DNA of 63,974 nucleotides, filler included, from Octopus bimaculoides (Eukaryota), in assembly GCF_001194135.2 (NCBI RefSeq). It is 7 parts of 6 records of this genome, joined end to end, with 100 filler letters (N's around TTAATTAATTAA, not from the genome) between each part and the next. Parts side by side here need not be neighbours in the genome. Positions count along the whole stretch, not along the records: positions 23,022 to 39,203 come from NC_068991.1; 6 more parts are not named here. One strand, written 5' to 3'. Position 1 is the stretch's first letter. Each line of letters begins with the position of its first letter. Made by a program: the position numbers and the translations under genes. Below, piece after piece: positions 25,455-37,329 of the stretch. The notes beneath the pieces were generated by a model that saw only the letters and a list, made by a program, of their open reading frames with translations, did not search any database and was not told the DNA's origin.

Positions 25455-25612
25455 GTATGTACTATGGGCTTTCAGTTTCTGTCTATCAAATCCACTCACA
25501 AGGCTTTGTAGTAGAAGACACTTGCACAAAATGACATGCAGTGGGACTGAACCTGTGACTATGTGGTTGGGAAGCAAACTTCTTAACCACACAGCCATGC
25601 TCGCACCACACA
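25455..25612 (-). mobile_element. SINE family C, 5' part
   Basis: On the - strand: GCATGGCTGTGTGGTTAAGAAGTTTGCTTCCCAACC..GGTTCAGTCCCACTG. Confidence 0.75.
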
Positions 25613-26059
25613 CATGTTTATTTCATATATGTATATACATATATATATATGATGTGTGTGCATGTGTATCTTCCTGTTATACATCAATGACTTACTTGCT
25701 ATCACTACTTCCAATATTACACAATCTTACACAGATGGCGCTATCCGTCATTCCTCTCTACTCCTAACCCTATCCATACTTTATCCACTTGCTACCCAGA
25801 CACCATATACACAACCCATCTGACACCATCACCGAAGACCCTGGAAATTTTCTCAAATGGTCATATGTTAATCTTATCTTTTTCTACTGCAAGGAAACAC
25901 AAATGCTATGCATATAAAGAAAGCATCATCCCATAACATTTCTCTTTAGTCATAAGGTACTCTCAAAATTGTTTTTTATTAAGTCTCACTACCACCAAGG
26001 AACGTTCTTGGTAGAAACACATCCTTTACATAGTTTAGACTGTATTGTTTGGCCTTACT

Positions 26060-26400
26060 CTATAGTGCTGGAGGTTCCCAACGATTATTGACATTCTCAC
26101 AAATCTCAGTTGAGGCCCACTGTGGAATATTGTTGTCATATCTGGGACATAGCAGCTGCTGAACATCCATGAATGGGTCAGTCGACTGATTGGCATGAAG
26201 TTACTCACAGACATGCTCCAACTGCTAATCTATAGGTGCATTGCCTCTTCTCTCTGCTATTATAATGACATCTGTTCCCTTGTGCTGGCTGGGATCATGC
26301 CACCTCTACTTGTCTCTCTTGTTGTGTCCCCCGCCCCTGTACCATCAACAAACTCCTCATACTTTCAGAGATGCAAGAGCAACACTAATTGCATCAATCA
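26060..26400 (+). mobile_element. CR1/L2-like LINE 3' ORF2 fragment
   Basis: Translation includes LRPTVEYCCHIWD, typical of the CR1/L2 post-RT region. Confidence 0.6.
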
Positions 26401-26489
26401 CACTGGTCAAGGAGGGCCTGCAAAGTGCATGTGTGTGCGCACACACACATACATGGGTATGTAGGCACAGAATGGTCGAAGGGTTAAAG

Positions 26490-26726
26490 CAGTAGTTCTC
26501 AACCAGGGCTTATATAAGATTCCATTGTTAAAACTTATGTGTAATAAATTAGTTATACTTCCATAATAAATAAAATATTTCCACAATTCATTTTTTATAC
26601 AATTCCTAATATTTAACTATAAGAATATAATAGAATTTTCTTTTAACAATGAATGGGTATGAGGGTCTACCCAAGTTAAATTGGAACCATAGGAGTCCAT
26701 AAGTAAAACATGGTTGAGAAACACAG
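26490..26726. mobile_element. hAT-type MITE
   Basis: Ends CAGTAGTTCTCAACCA / TGGTTGAGAAACACAG; degenerate 8-bp TSD GGTTAAAG / GATTAACG. Confidence 0.75.
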
Positions 26727-26999
26727 GATTAACGAGTTGCTTCACAACCAAGAGGTTCTGTGTAGTGTCTTGGGTAAATGTAATGTTCTATAGCCCAGAG
26801 TTGACCCATACCTAGTGAGTGAAACTGTTAAGATAGAAACTGTGTAGAAGACCGTCAGGTGATGGATTGTACTTGTAATTTGAAAGGTACAGGCTTGTTA
26901 CACTGTGCCATGTTGACTGTGTCTCAGAATTACTTTAAGAGTACATGTGTCTGGCGAATACTCATCTACTTGCACATTAATTCAGATTAACCAACTCTT

Positions 27000-29100
27000 C
27001 CTCATCTATCGGCGAGGATCCACCACTACCTGTGTGTATGTGTGTTAATACACGGGTGAGTGGATGAACGAGTTAACTGAGCCCAACGAACTAAGTTTAT
27101 TAGAGAGGCCTGGGGCCGAATCACATGCTTTTAAATAATAATAATAATTATTATTATTATAATGATATGTGGGTTGTGTGTGTGTGTACGTGTGTTTATC
27201 GACCAGTCTCTCAGATGTCCGTAACATTACTGTTAATAGGTTTCTATTATTCCCTTGATTGCAACCTTCTCATATATATATATATAAATATACATACATG
27301 CATATATATATTTGTGCGTGCATTTTTGTATAGATATTTATATAAATGCGAGTGTGCGTGTATGTATGTATGTTTATCTGTGCACCCGTATGTGTACGTG
27401 TGTGTTTGAGTGCGTATGGATGGCCGCATTCACTGACACAGATATTTCTATGCTGCTTCATTTACCGAATAATTCAGGATTTAAATTACTTTTAACAACT
27501 GCAAGGTGGTTGTATGTTTATCGAAATTAAATATAGATAACCTTTATCGTCCTGTCTATCTTTTGTTTTGTTTCGGTCACATGCTCATAACGGACCTTCT
27601 CCGTTAACTTGGACCTGTGGATGTGTTACTGCAAGGAGTCTGTATATTCTTGGGACATATATATTTTAACCCGTCTCAGAAAGCACACACACACACCAAC
27701 TTAATGTGTCTGTTTTCTCTGCTGATTACGTACTTTTCGGTTGCGTCGCTTTCTTTCGTTTTCTCCACCCCACTTTTAACTTGATTTTTCTTTTCGTCAA
27801 TATGACCCGTCAATTATAAACTGCCTTCTTAGAACGAACTCTATTTCTTAAACTTGCTGTTATTTTCCTATTTCTGCGAGTCGCTGTTTCTGACATGCTC
27901 CATTATTCTATTTCCACGCACACACACAGGTAGGAATTATATGCTAAATGCATCAGAAAACATTATTACAGCTTAAATAATAAGAGTTGCTGGAAAATAT
28001 TGAAATTGTTCCCAGTAAAACATGCTTACGGCTATAAAAAGAAGCAATTTGTCGTCGGATTACGCTGTGAAATCAATACTGCTAATATCCTTTATCTTAG
28101 CTGCAGTGCAGTCTTTTTGGCCGTTGCCCTTGTGGCAAATAAAAGAAATTATTAAATGAATACCAAAATACCAGTGAAATACTGAGGTCGACTGAATCTA
28201 CTATATTTCTTAATTTGTGATTTGTGTAGTAGTAATAGATACATCCATCCGTGGAGGTTATCCACATCAGTTGGAGAAATGGGGGATGCATGGAATAAAT
28301 CAATCTCTCTCTCTCTCTCTTTGAGTGTACGCATATGTGTGTGTGAGTGTAGTGCGTGAATGTGAGTGTGTGTATATGTGTGTGTATATGTTAACAGCGA
28401 ACAAGTAAAGACGCCTGCTCTGTTTGATGAAAGCAAGGATATACGTCGAGATGATCAGGCCAGGATGGAGTTCTGTGAGGCAGCAGCAAGATAAACAAGA
28501 TGAAAGTTATACCAAACTGGCGACCAAGGGAGGAAATACAATGAAAAAAACAAGAAATGGACAACACACGTGATAAAAACTGTTTTCTTAAGGCAACATT
28601 AGAAATGAAAACAGCTCAAAACTAACGAGAAAATATCATGAAAAAGGAGAGAAAAATATAAAACTATTGACGCATCTTCCCGTTCGCTTTTACAGGATTG
28701 CGAACATAGTGGTTACTGTGTCTTTTGAAACATTTCAACCATCTTTAGAAGATTGTAAGTCTGATTTTTCATATAAGTCCGCAATCTTTCAGACTATAGA
28801 CACAAAACAAGCACATTTATAGAAATTATTATTATACGTCTCCATAACTCTTTCTCTCTCATACACACACACACACCTATCTATCTATCTATCTATCTCT
28901 CTATCTATCTGTCTATCTATCTATCTATCTAGCTATCATATATCTAAGCCTTTTCTGTAGTAAAAATAGATGTCTTATAGGTGGAGGAATATTTAATAAT
29001 AATAATATATACGTTTGTATATTTTATCATTGACCTCTAAGGAAAAGAATGATTCAGTTATATTAAAAGACATCTAGTTTAAGTCACGTCAACAGCTAAG
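27000..29100. promoter_or_regulatory. CpG-retaining promoter-like domain upstream of the 761-aa ORF
   Basis: CG dinucleotides are frequent here but scarce in flanking unique DNA (by eye, not counted). Confidence 0.5.
28696..28754 (+). other. Candidate non-coding 5' UTR exon
   Basis: Acceptor CTTCCCGTTCGCTTTTACAG before and donor GTAAGT (28755-28760) after; next acceptor CATTGACCTCTAAG at 29041 lies upstream of the ATG. Confidence 0.45.
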
Positions 29101-29103
29101 GGT

Positions 29104-31389
29104 ATGCACAAATCCAAAGCTACATCTACCCCAACATCAACTTCTTCGTCAGCATCGACATCAGTGCAGGGTTCGAAAAACAAAGGTAAAACGAGTAATA
29201 AAAGTGGTAGTTATAGTGCAAGTGATTGTGAAAGTGTTAGTTTAAATGTTGGTGGTAGCAGTGATAATAACAAAAGTGGCGTCCGGGATTTAGATGATGG
29301 TGGTAAGCATGACACGGACCCTTCGTCTGTGCAGTCTGATTCACAACAGGCCAATCGTCCTCCTTTAGACAGGCAAGGAGAGATCGGATCTGCTCCCTTA
29401 GCTACTTTTGACACCGTTGACCTTTCTGACGAAGAAGTGACAAACAGCAAAGACACAGCTTCTGCAAACACTGAGGTAGTCAATAACAGCGATCTGCCAC
29501 ATGCTTCTATTGTAGGTACTACTTCAAAAACCTCTCTTTCAGTCACCACTAACACTCACACAAAAGAAGCCGCCTCAAACGAACTCGTTCATACAGTATG
29601 TTCTATTCCTGCAGCTGCGAGCAAAATAAGCACAGCTGAAACTACTACAAGTACTGTAACGATCCATAATAAACTACCTATAGTTAGTTCGTGTTTGTAT
29701 AAAGAATCCCACATAGCTGCTTCCAGTGATGTTACATCGGACGACTGTTCTCGAAATGCTGATGTATGCCAAAGTAATTCACCAAACTCTAAGTCCTCAA
29801 AAGAATCAGTTCCCGTAAATGTCAGCAAAGGCAGTAAATCAAAAAAGAAACAGAAAATAAAAAATGCTGCAAGTAAAACATTATCTCCATCGCCAGCTAA
29901 AGAGAGTAGGCAAAAGAAAAAAACGTTTTTTGGTCGCAAAACAAACGCATCGGACTTAGATGGAGAAAAGGACAGTGAAGTGGTTTCTAAACAATCTGAG
30001 GTTGTAAACCATCAGCTTGTTGATGCACCTTCGTCTGACGATGATGCGGACAGCAGGACGTATAGAGGGATATCTCCAGGATGCTTGGACTCACCATCTT
30101 CGTTTGCATCATGTAAAACTGATAATTTACATGATGTAACTAAAGATCAACAGGAATCAGTCACATTACCTTCTGCAACAGAAGGTGCCGCAGACGTTGA
30201 TTTTGTTAACTTTGATACAACTGAAGATGGTACAGCTACTCCAGTAGCAACAGAGCCAGGCTCTGGACCCAAGTTAAAAGATTTAAGTGCTGTAGAAAAA
30301 GTAAACTTACTCGATGACTCTAGTTCATCAGAAAGTGATCTAAGTGCTGCAGAAAGCCTAACGACCGAAAATATCTACTCATCTTTCGCTGCTGGTCGGG
30401 ATTCTCTTAAAGGTAATGCATTGAAAGAAGTTGATGATATTGGTCAACAGTTTGATAACTTTACAGAACCCACCTCTTTCAATTCTAAACGCAAAGCTTA
30501 TGAACGAAGATTACAGCGACTGCAAGTAAAAACCACTCCTATCAACAGACCACGTAGTGCTACACCTCTCAGTGTTGTGACTTTAGACGAATATACACAT
30601 CTTAGTTCCCCAGAAGTATCTCCTAATTTGGAAAAACTGAAAATAGTTTTGCCTTCTGAACAGTTTGGAAAGCCAATAAAAAGTCCTCGTGGTGTTGGTA
30701 CTTCCAAAGAAAATGCCTTTGACTTTAATGAGGATCGTTTGTTTCGACATACGAAGGAAGCTATAGTTTTACAAAGTGATGGTTCCATTGGACAGTCTCC
30801 TCGTCGAATTTTTATTCCCCCAACTCTTTCACCCAGTCAGTCTCCCTGCAAAGCTGCTGCCGGATCACCTGTATCCAAACTGGTTCTTGTATCGAAATTA
30901 CCTGCAGGTACGAGTCCACTTGTGAAATCTGCTGCTCCTACTGCTTCTACTCCCACAACCACCTCCATCACTACCACCTTACCAACTTCAAATCCATCTT
31001 TAGTTCCTCCTTCATCGTCTGCACCAAAATGTTCTGTGAAAAAATGGGAGCAGTTTGATGATAATACTGCATGTCCACTGCAAACTGTAGAATGTAGTAA
31101 ATTAGGACCAGATTCACTTGAAGGTAGTCACAGCAGAGATGAAGCTGTAAAACCTGATGGTAAAGAACAGACAAAAAGTAAACTTTTCACTGCTGAATGT
31201 AGTGGCAATATTGAGTCTCCTCTCGTTGGGCATAGAACCCAGCTGAGAGGTCAGGAGACGGAGGAGGAGGAAGAAGAGATATTAAAAGTTGAAATAGGTT
31301 CTAGTGAAGTAGGTAAAGCCTATAATATAGAACTGGAAGTGCCTACCAAAGATAAGATGGACATCTCTCACAATAAACCTAACTGTTGA
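29104..31389 (+). CDS. Uncharacterised 761-aa Ser/Thr/Asp-rich, probably disordered protein (single large exon; may splice at GTAAAG 31313)
   Basis: 2286-bp uninterrupted non-repetitive ORF in about 65-70% AT DNA; in-frame stops upstream of the ATG; no recognised domain. Confidence 0.85.
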   Translation: MHKSKATSTPTSTSSSASTSVQGSKNKGKTSNKSGSYSASDCESVSLNVGGSSDNNKSGVRDLDDGGKHDTDPSSVQSDSQQANRPPLDRQGEIGSAPLATFDTVDLSDEEVTNSKDTASANTEVVNNSDLPHASIVGTTSKTSLSVTTNTHTKEAASNELVHTVCSIPAAASKISTAETTTSTVTIHNKLPIVSSCLYKESHIAASSDVTSDDCSRNADVCQSNSPNSKSSKESVPVNVSKGSKSKKKQKIKNAASKTLSPSPAKESRQKKKTFFGRKTNASDLDGEKDSEVVSKQSEVVNHQLVDAPSSDDDADSRTYRGISPGCLDSPSSFASCKTDNLHDVTKDQQESVTLPSATEGAADVDFVNFDTTEDGTATPVATEPGSGPKLKDLSAVEKVNLLDDSSSSESDLSAAESLTTENIYSSFAAGRDSLKGNALKEVDDIGQQFDNFTEPTSFNSKRKAYERRLQRLQVKTTPINRPRSATPLSVVTLDEYTHLSSPEVSPNLEKLKIVLPSEQFGKPIKSPRGVGTSKENAFDFNEDRLFRHTKEAIVLQSDGSIGQSPRRIFIPPTLSPSQSPCKAAAGSPVSKLVLVSKLPAGTSPLVKSAAPTASTPTTTSITTTLPTSNPSLVPPSSSAPKCSVKKWEQFDDNTACPLQTVECSKLGPDSLEGSHSRDEAVKPDGKEQTKSKLFTAECSGNIESPLVGHRTQLRGQETEEEEEEILKVEIGSSEVGKAYNIELEVPTKDKMDISHNKPNC

Positions 31390-33920
31390 TTGATCTATGT
31401 AATGTTAGATCAAATCTGCCTGGACTTACCATTTGAGAAAGCATAGGAAGCATTTCCATTTTGAAGGCAAGTATAAGATTTTTTTCATTGTTTCTAATAA
31501 TCTGACATAACAGTAATAACAGGCGAAAAGAAGCAAAACAATAAGATATTATTGTTCTTTTTTTATTTATTTTCCACTGATTAAACCTATGTTTCTTATT
31601 GACTCTGGTGTCACATTATGACTCTCACCTGGTTGGTTTCACCACTACTTTCCATATATAAGCCATATCCAGGAAGGTAATCTTTTGTATTTACTCATTT
31701 ATAAGCCTGACTATTCATACTTGATTTTAACTAAAAAAGAATGGGGTCTGACTTATGTACAGGGCAAAGCTAAAACTATGAAGGGAAAACTTTTGTACCA
31801 AGATTTAACACTTAATTAGGGGTATTACTCATACACAAGTAAATACAGTATATATTATTGACTTCCAGTTCCACTTCAGAATTACCAAGAGACTCCAACT
31901 GCAACCAATATTTGAATTTTTATTATTCAGATGCTTGATAGCTCAAGTTGTAAATCTTCATATTTGTATATTTTTATGTCATGTTAGATTTTAATCACCA
32001 TCACCATCATCATCATCATCACAGAGTTCCAGACAAAATACCTTGCTGAGTTTGTTTCAAAATTGGAGACATAACTGCAATCTTATAATAAAAAAAAATA
32101 TTCCAGCTTCACCAGATCATGCTTTCCTTTTCTTCTAAGATGTGAGTAGTCATGTAGCTCCTCTACACCAAGAAGCCTGTTCTGCTTTGACCCTTTCCTC
32201 TCATATTTTATCCCTCTCTGTTCCTTATCTCCTAGCATAAAGTTGCCCCCCCCCCCTTGTGGTTGACAGTGTTGCGAGTGTTTGTTGGCTCGTCTGAGGT
32301 GATGATTGGTTGAGCTGATGAATGAAAATGTGTTTCTTGGGCTGTGCGAAGAACAAACTGACATCATTTGTGAACGTTTAAGAGATTTTATTTCATACAG
32401 AGTTTTAACTGTGTTGGTCTTTTACAAATAACAACAAATAATTACATACTAGAAAAGATATAATGCTTAGAATTTACGGCAAGCTTACTGAAATAGCAAC
32501 ACGAGGCTGGCTCAACATAACTGGAAACAATCATGTTATATTTGAGGTGAGAATGGAGACACATTATGCAGCTACATCAACATTCTACCTGGCAAGAGGT
32601 GAGACATATGAATGAGTTGGCTGGCCTCAATGCTCTGCAAAAAGTTTAAGTGCCAAAAATAGCTCTTATATAGGGTACAAGGAGAAAATTCTAGAAGATT
32701 GAATCATGTGATGGCTTGACACTGATCAGTTGCTTAATAGATCAATCATGTGAAACTACTGTGGTTCAGTTATGATGCATGATCAGTTACCTAGCAGTTT
32801 GGTTTCGAATCACTGTTACAATAATCTTACTATCTGCATGGTAACCTCACTAGTATCGATGACATGTAAAAAGCACCCAGTACACACTGTAAAATGTTTT
32901 GCATTAGAAAGAGTATCCAGCCATAGAAACCATGTCAAAGCAGACACTGGAGTACAATCCTTCAGATCTTGTCAAACTATCCAACCTATGCTACCGTGAA
33001 ACATGGTCACTAAATGATGATGTATAAATTTACACATCAAAACAGAAAATAAGAAAGTTTTCTATGGTTCCTGCTAGTTATTAATTAATGTCAAACAGTA
33101 ACTGAATGAAATGTTTCCTAGTATTTAGTCAACAGTTCCTTGTTGTGTATTTAGAGTCCATCAAGCTCAGCTTCACCTTCATCCTTTTGGGATTGATATA
33201 CAATATTACCAATAACATATTTTGATTGCTTCAATCAACTATGTCTCATAATCAAATGTCTAAAGGAAATAAAATGTGGTGGCCATGGTCAGAATAATCA
33301 TAGGTCTGCTTTATTGGACCAGCTTGATGTTAAACAACAACAGGTACAAATATTAATGGTTATAATTGTTGGTTTCAAGGAGAATTTTATTATCTCGTTT
33401 TTGCTAATTTCATTGAGATGTTCACTCACACCCTCAACGTTCCATAATTTTTGTTTTCTCTGTCCAAAACAATTACATCAGATTTGTTGTGTTTGCATTT
33501 AGTTGATGGTTTGACGGAAATGTTCCCTCAACAATTACAGAAACGTTTCTATTTTTATCTCAGAGCAAGTCTTCCTCCAGGTGGTATTTATTATGTAATT
33601 ATTTTAATAATGTCATGGTCATGACAGCATTTGAAGGTTAATATCACAATAGCATTTCCAAGTAGCTGCTGATCACATGTGGAATGTCTTCTATAGATAT
33701 GTGATGTAAACATTTTCAGTCATATATTGGTTCCACTATATCCTTTGTTCAACAGATATTTTCCAGCTGTCTCTTGTTCTTGGATAACAAAAGCATAACT
33801 GTTGAAATGTGAAGTGATTTAACTTTTTCAAGTTCAATAAAGATGACACTCCTTGTCATTGTTGGCATTATTAAACTTTTGTTTCTTCTCTTGGTCTTTG
33901 TTAAAGTGGACTGTCCAGTA

Positions 33921-34075
33921 GTACACAAGAATGGCTCTGTGGTTAAGAAACTTGCTTTCCAACCATGTAGTTTTGAGTTCAGTCCCACTGCATGGCACTT
34001 TACGCAAGTGTCTTCAACGATTGCACTGGGCTGACCTTGTGATTGGATTTGGAAGATGAAAGACTAAAAGAAGCC
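33921..34075 (+). mobile_element. SINE family C, 5' part
   Basis: GAATGGCTCTGTGGTTAAGAAACTTGCTTTCCAACC..GAGTTCAGTCCCACTG. Confidence 0.7.
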
Positions 34076-34104
34076 TTATTTATGTTATTTGTGTGTGTGT
34101 GTGA

Positions 34105-34430
34105 TGGTGTGGTGTAGCTTAGTGGTTAGGGTATTCAGCTCACAATCATAAAGTTGTGAATTCAATTCCCAGCAGTGTGTGGTGTCCTTGAGCAAGACAC
34201 TTTATTTTATGTTGCTCCAGTTCACTCAGCTGGCAAAAATAAGTAGTACTTGTATTTCAAAGGGTCAGCCTTGTCACATTCTGTGTCTCACTGAATCTCC
34301 CTGAGAATTATGTTAAGGGTATGTGTGTCTGTGGAGTGGTCAGCCACTTGCATATTAATTTCACAAGCAGGTTGTTCTGTTGATTGGATCAATTGGAACC
34401 CTCATCATTGTAGCTGACAGAGTGCCAGTT
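34105..34430 (+). mobile_element. Older SINE sharing the family B 3' tail but with a different body
   Basis: tRNA-like head, GTGTCCTTGAGCAAGACACTT central domain, then CAAAGGGTCAGCCTTGTCACA..GAGTGCCA tail as in 25049-25240. Confidence 0.75.
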
Positions 34431-34436
34431 TGTTTG

Positions 34437-34470
<34 letters not shown>

Positions 34471-35367
34471 TTATGAGTGTCTGTATTTGTATGTGCTCTT
34501 ATCTAGACATTATGGGATGAGTGTAACAAGCATCATCATCATCATCATACAGGTTGTTCATTTCCAGTCTTCTGTGAAAAAACATGTCGGGCCATGAAGA
34601 ACTATTACTTTGCTTGGAAACAGGAAGAGCATCCAGCTGTAGAAAATCTGCCTCAACAAAATCAGTATGACCCATTTAAACATGGAAACATGGACATTAA
34701 ATGCTGCTGCTTCTGCTGCTGCTGCTTATGATGTGTGTTTTTCAAAGAGTTCAATCACACCTCATAAAATGATACACTCCTCATCTTTCAACTCTTGTTT
34801 CATATGTTTGTTTTTGTTGTTGTGTTCTTAAGTGGGTGCTCAGTGATACCATTTGATAGGCTAGCTGAACTCATGTTAAGCCTCTTCACCTATCCTTTTT
34901 TCCTGATATTATTAAGTTTGTCAATATTTTTACTGAGGTTTCTAGATGATATTATCATAACTGATATATTTGGACAATGTCCACATTGTGATTGTTATAG
35001 TAACAATGCTCCACCTGTTATCTCCTGCTTTCTTCAGTGCTTGTTCTATTTGGTAACATTCTCAGAATTTCAAACCAAACCTTATATTTAGTTCATGGAT
35101 TAGATTGTTCTCTTTCTGTATTCTCATATTAGCTATTCTCTCTTGTAATGTCACTTGCTCATTCCACTTTAATCAGGATGTATTTAGATTCACTGACCCA
35201 AGAACTAGATTCCTGCTTACCAACTAAACTTCTACACTTAACACTTTTAACATCTAATGTTTATATTTCACTTTGGTATTAACTAGAAGGGCAATTACTT
35301 AATGGAAATTAGAACTTTAAACCTCACATTTTCTTATGGTCTTAGACTTAGTGCTTCTCTTAATTAA

Positions 35368-35557
35368 CCCTTTAGCATTTAAATCACCTGCATCTAGCCC
35401 AAATATTTTATCTGCTTTATATTCAAACTGGCCAGATCTGGCCTCTCACTCCTATCTTGCAATGTCATTCTAAAAATAAACAATCACATCTTTGAAATCT
35501 TGAAGTTACAAGCTAAAAAAGTATTACTTTTGATAAAGTAATCTGAATGCTAAAGAG
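35368..35557. mobile_element. piggyBac-type MITE
   Basis: TTAA|CCCTTTAGCATT ... AATGCTAAAGAG|TTAA. Confidence 0.8.
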
Positions 35558-35799
35558 TTAAACCCTCTTATATGGTGTTAATCTCCATGTTAGGTCTACC
35601 AAAGACCTTACCAGAGCCCCATATATGTGCTGAATCTTTAAATTCTCTTATTTCTCTGTTATCCCTGTCTTTTTATCTTGACTGTTTCACAGATGTTGGT
35701 GACTTCTCTTTCTCAAATAGTCAATCATGTCTGATTTCTCTGTTTACAACTTTACAAAATTCCTTCAGCCTTACTTTCAGTAGGTGATTGGTCTTCCCT

Positions 35800-36060
35800 T
35801 TTTATTTTCTCCTACAAATACATGGAATAACATGCAACGCACAGTTCTTGTTCATGATCTCCTGATGGAGGCTTTTTTTCCAAGATGGATACCCCAAAAG
35901 AGCAGGCCTGCACCTGAATACTGTCCTGATGCTGTATAAACTGTAAAACTTCTTAATTTTTTCTGTCAAGCCTCTAATATAAATTAGACAGATCATGGCA
36001 GCTTTTTCATTAATGTTCTTGATTTTTGTTGATTTGCTTTTGGAAGCTGACATGATACTT
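35800..36060 (-). mobile_element. Penelope-like element fragment (RT thumb / start of GIY-YIG)
   Basis: LIYIRGLTEKIKK..IRTVFR..HVIPCIC resembles the PLE linker and GIY-YIG entry. Confidence 0.6.
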
Positions 36061-36329
36061 ATAGAGTAATTGTTATTATCATGGTCCTTCTAATCTTGAT
36101 ACCATTTCTTGGTATATATCTAGGTTACCACTTATGACTTTTACCTGATGATGTAGGCCACAGACAGTTTTTTTTCTTATGCCATATGGATGGTGGGAAT
36201 CAAAAGTTCAGGCAATGCCCAATGAATGTAGGTTTGTGATATAGCATTGTCTTGAATCTGCATTCAATGCAAGTTATTAGTACATCCCAGGAGGCCAGTT
36301 CATTGTTTTTTTTTAACTTCTCATTGAGT

Positions 36330-36750
36330 TCCATGACCCAGTAGTATTTCCATACATATGTTAGCTATCTCTGGGGATAACAACAAACCTATAACAAAAC
36401 CTCATTCTTGCCAATGTAGATCAAACCTTAATTGAAAAAATATTATTTGTACACAGAAGGTCAATATTTCCATCAGGTTACCTACTGGGATACTGATATA
36501 TTCATGATACATAAGAAGATGGCTTTGTAAATAACATAATTAAGTCAACCATACAACTGAAATATATAGATGACACCATCATACTTAGGTCTCACCAAGA
36601 CAAAGCACAATTACTGCTGGACCATGTAAACTCAATGAAGTCTTCAATACAGTTCACAACAGGAAACACTAAAAAACTTCTGATAAACTGGCCTTCCTGG
36701 ATGTGCTAATAACTTGTACACAAGATTTATGACATCTGTTCATTCACTGG
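36330..36750 (+). mobile_element. Penelope-like RT fragment
   Basis: KYIDDTIIL..LLDHVNSMKSSIQFT..LAFLDVLIT. Confidence 0.75.
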
Positions 36751-37329
36751 ACAAGACAATGGATGATTTCCATCATTGATATAGGGTAAAGAAAAGGTAT
36801 CATATGCTGCCCACAACATCAAGCAAGACTCATAAGTGGTGACCTTGGTACATACCATCAAGAGATATCAGGGTTAGTTGGACCCATCAGAGTAATGACT
36901 ATTTTATAAGAGTAGAGATATAAAGATGGAGAGCATTAGTCAACAAACTGTCATACTCTGTCTACTTTACATTAGAGGAGTATTTCTCAACCTTTTTGTG
37001 GTCCATGAATGGACATAGTTTGTGTGCGTCTGTGTGTATACTTTACTTTTCTGTTATGGTAAGATCAACAAAAAAGTACTGCATCTGGTGAAAGATAAAT
37101 ATTGTTTAATGTGCACAATATATAGTTATGAGCTACTCATAGTTTCATACATTGGAGATTTGGTCTAGGCAGGTTTTAATCATATGTCTAGTATCTCTAA
37201 GCAGTCTTCAGGAGCAAAGTATTGTCATACTCTACCCTGAGGAACTCTGCATTAGAAACATGATGGATAAATTCAGATCTGTAGTTCATATGGCATTAGG
37301 ATAGTATTCAAGGGCATCCCTACCCTGGC

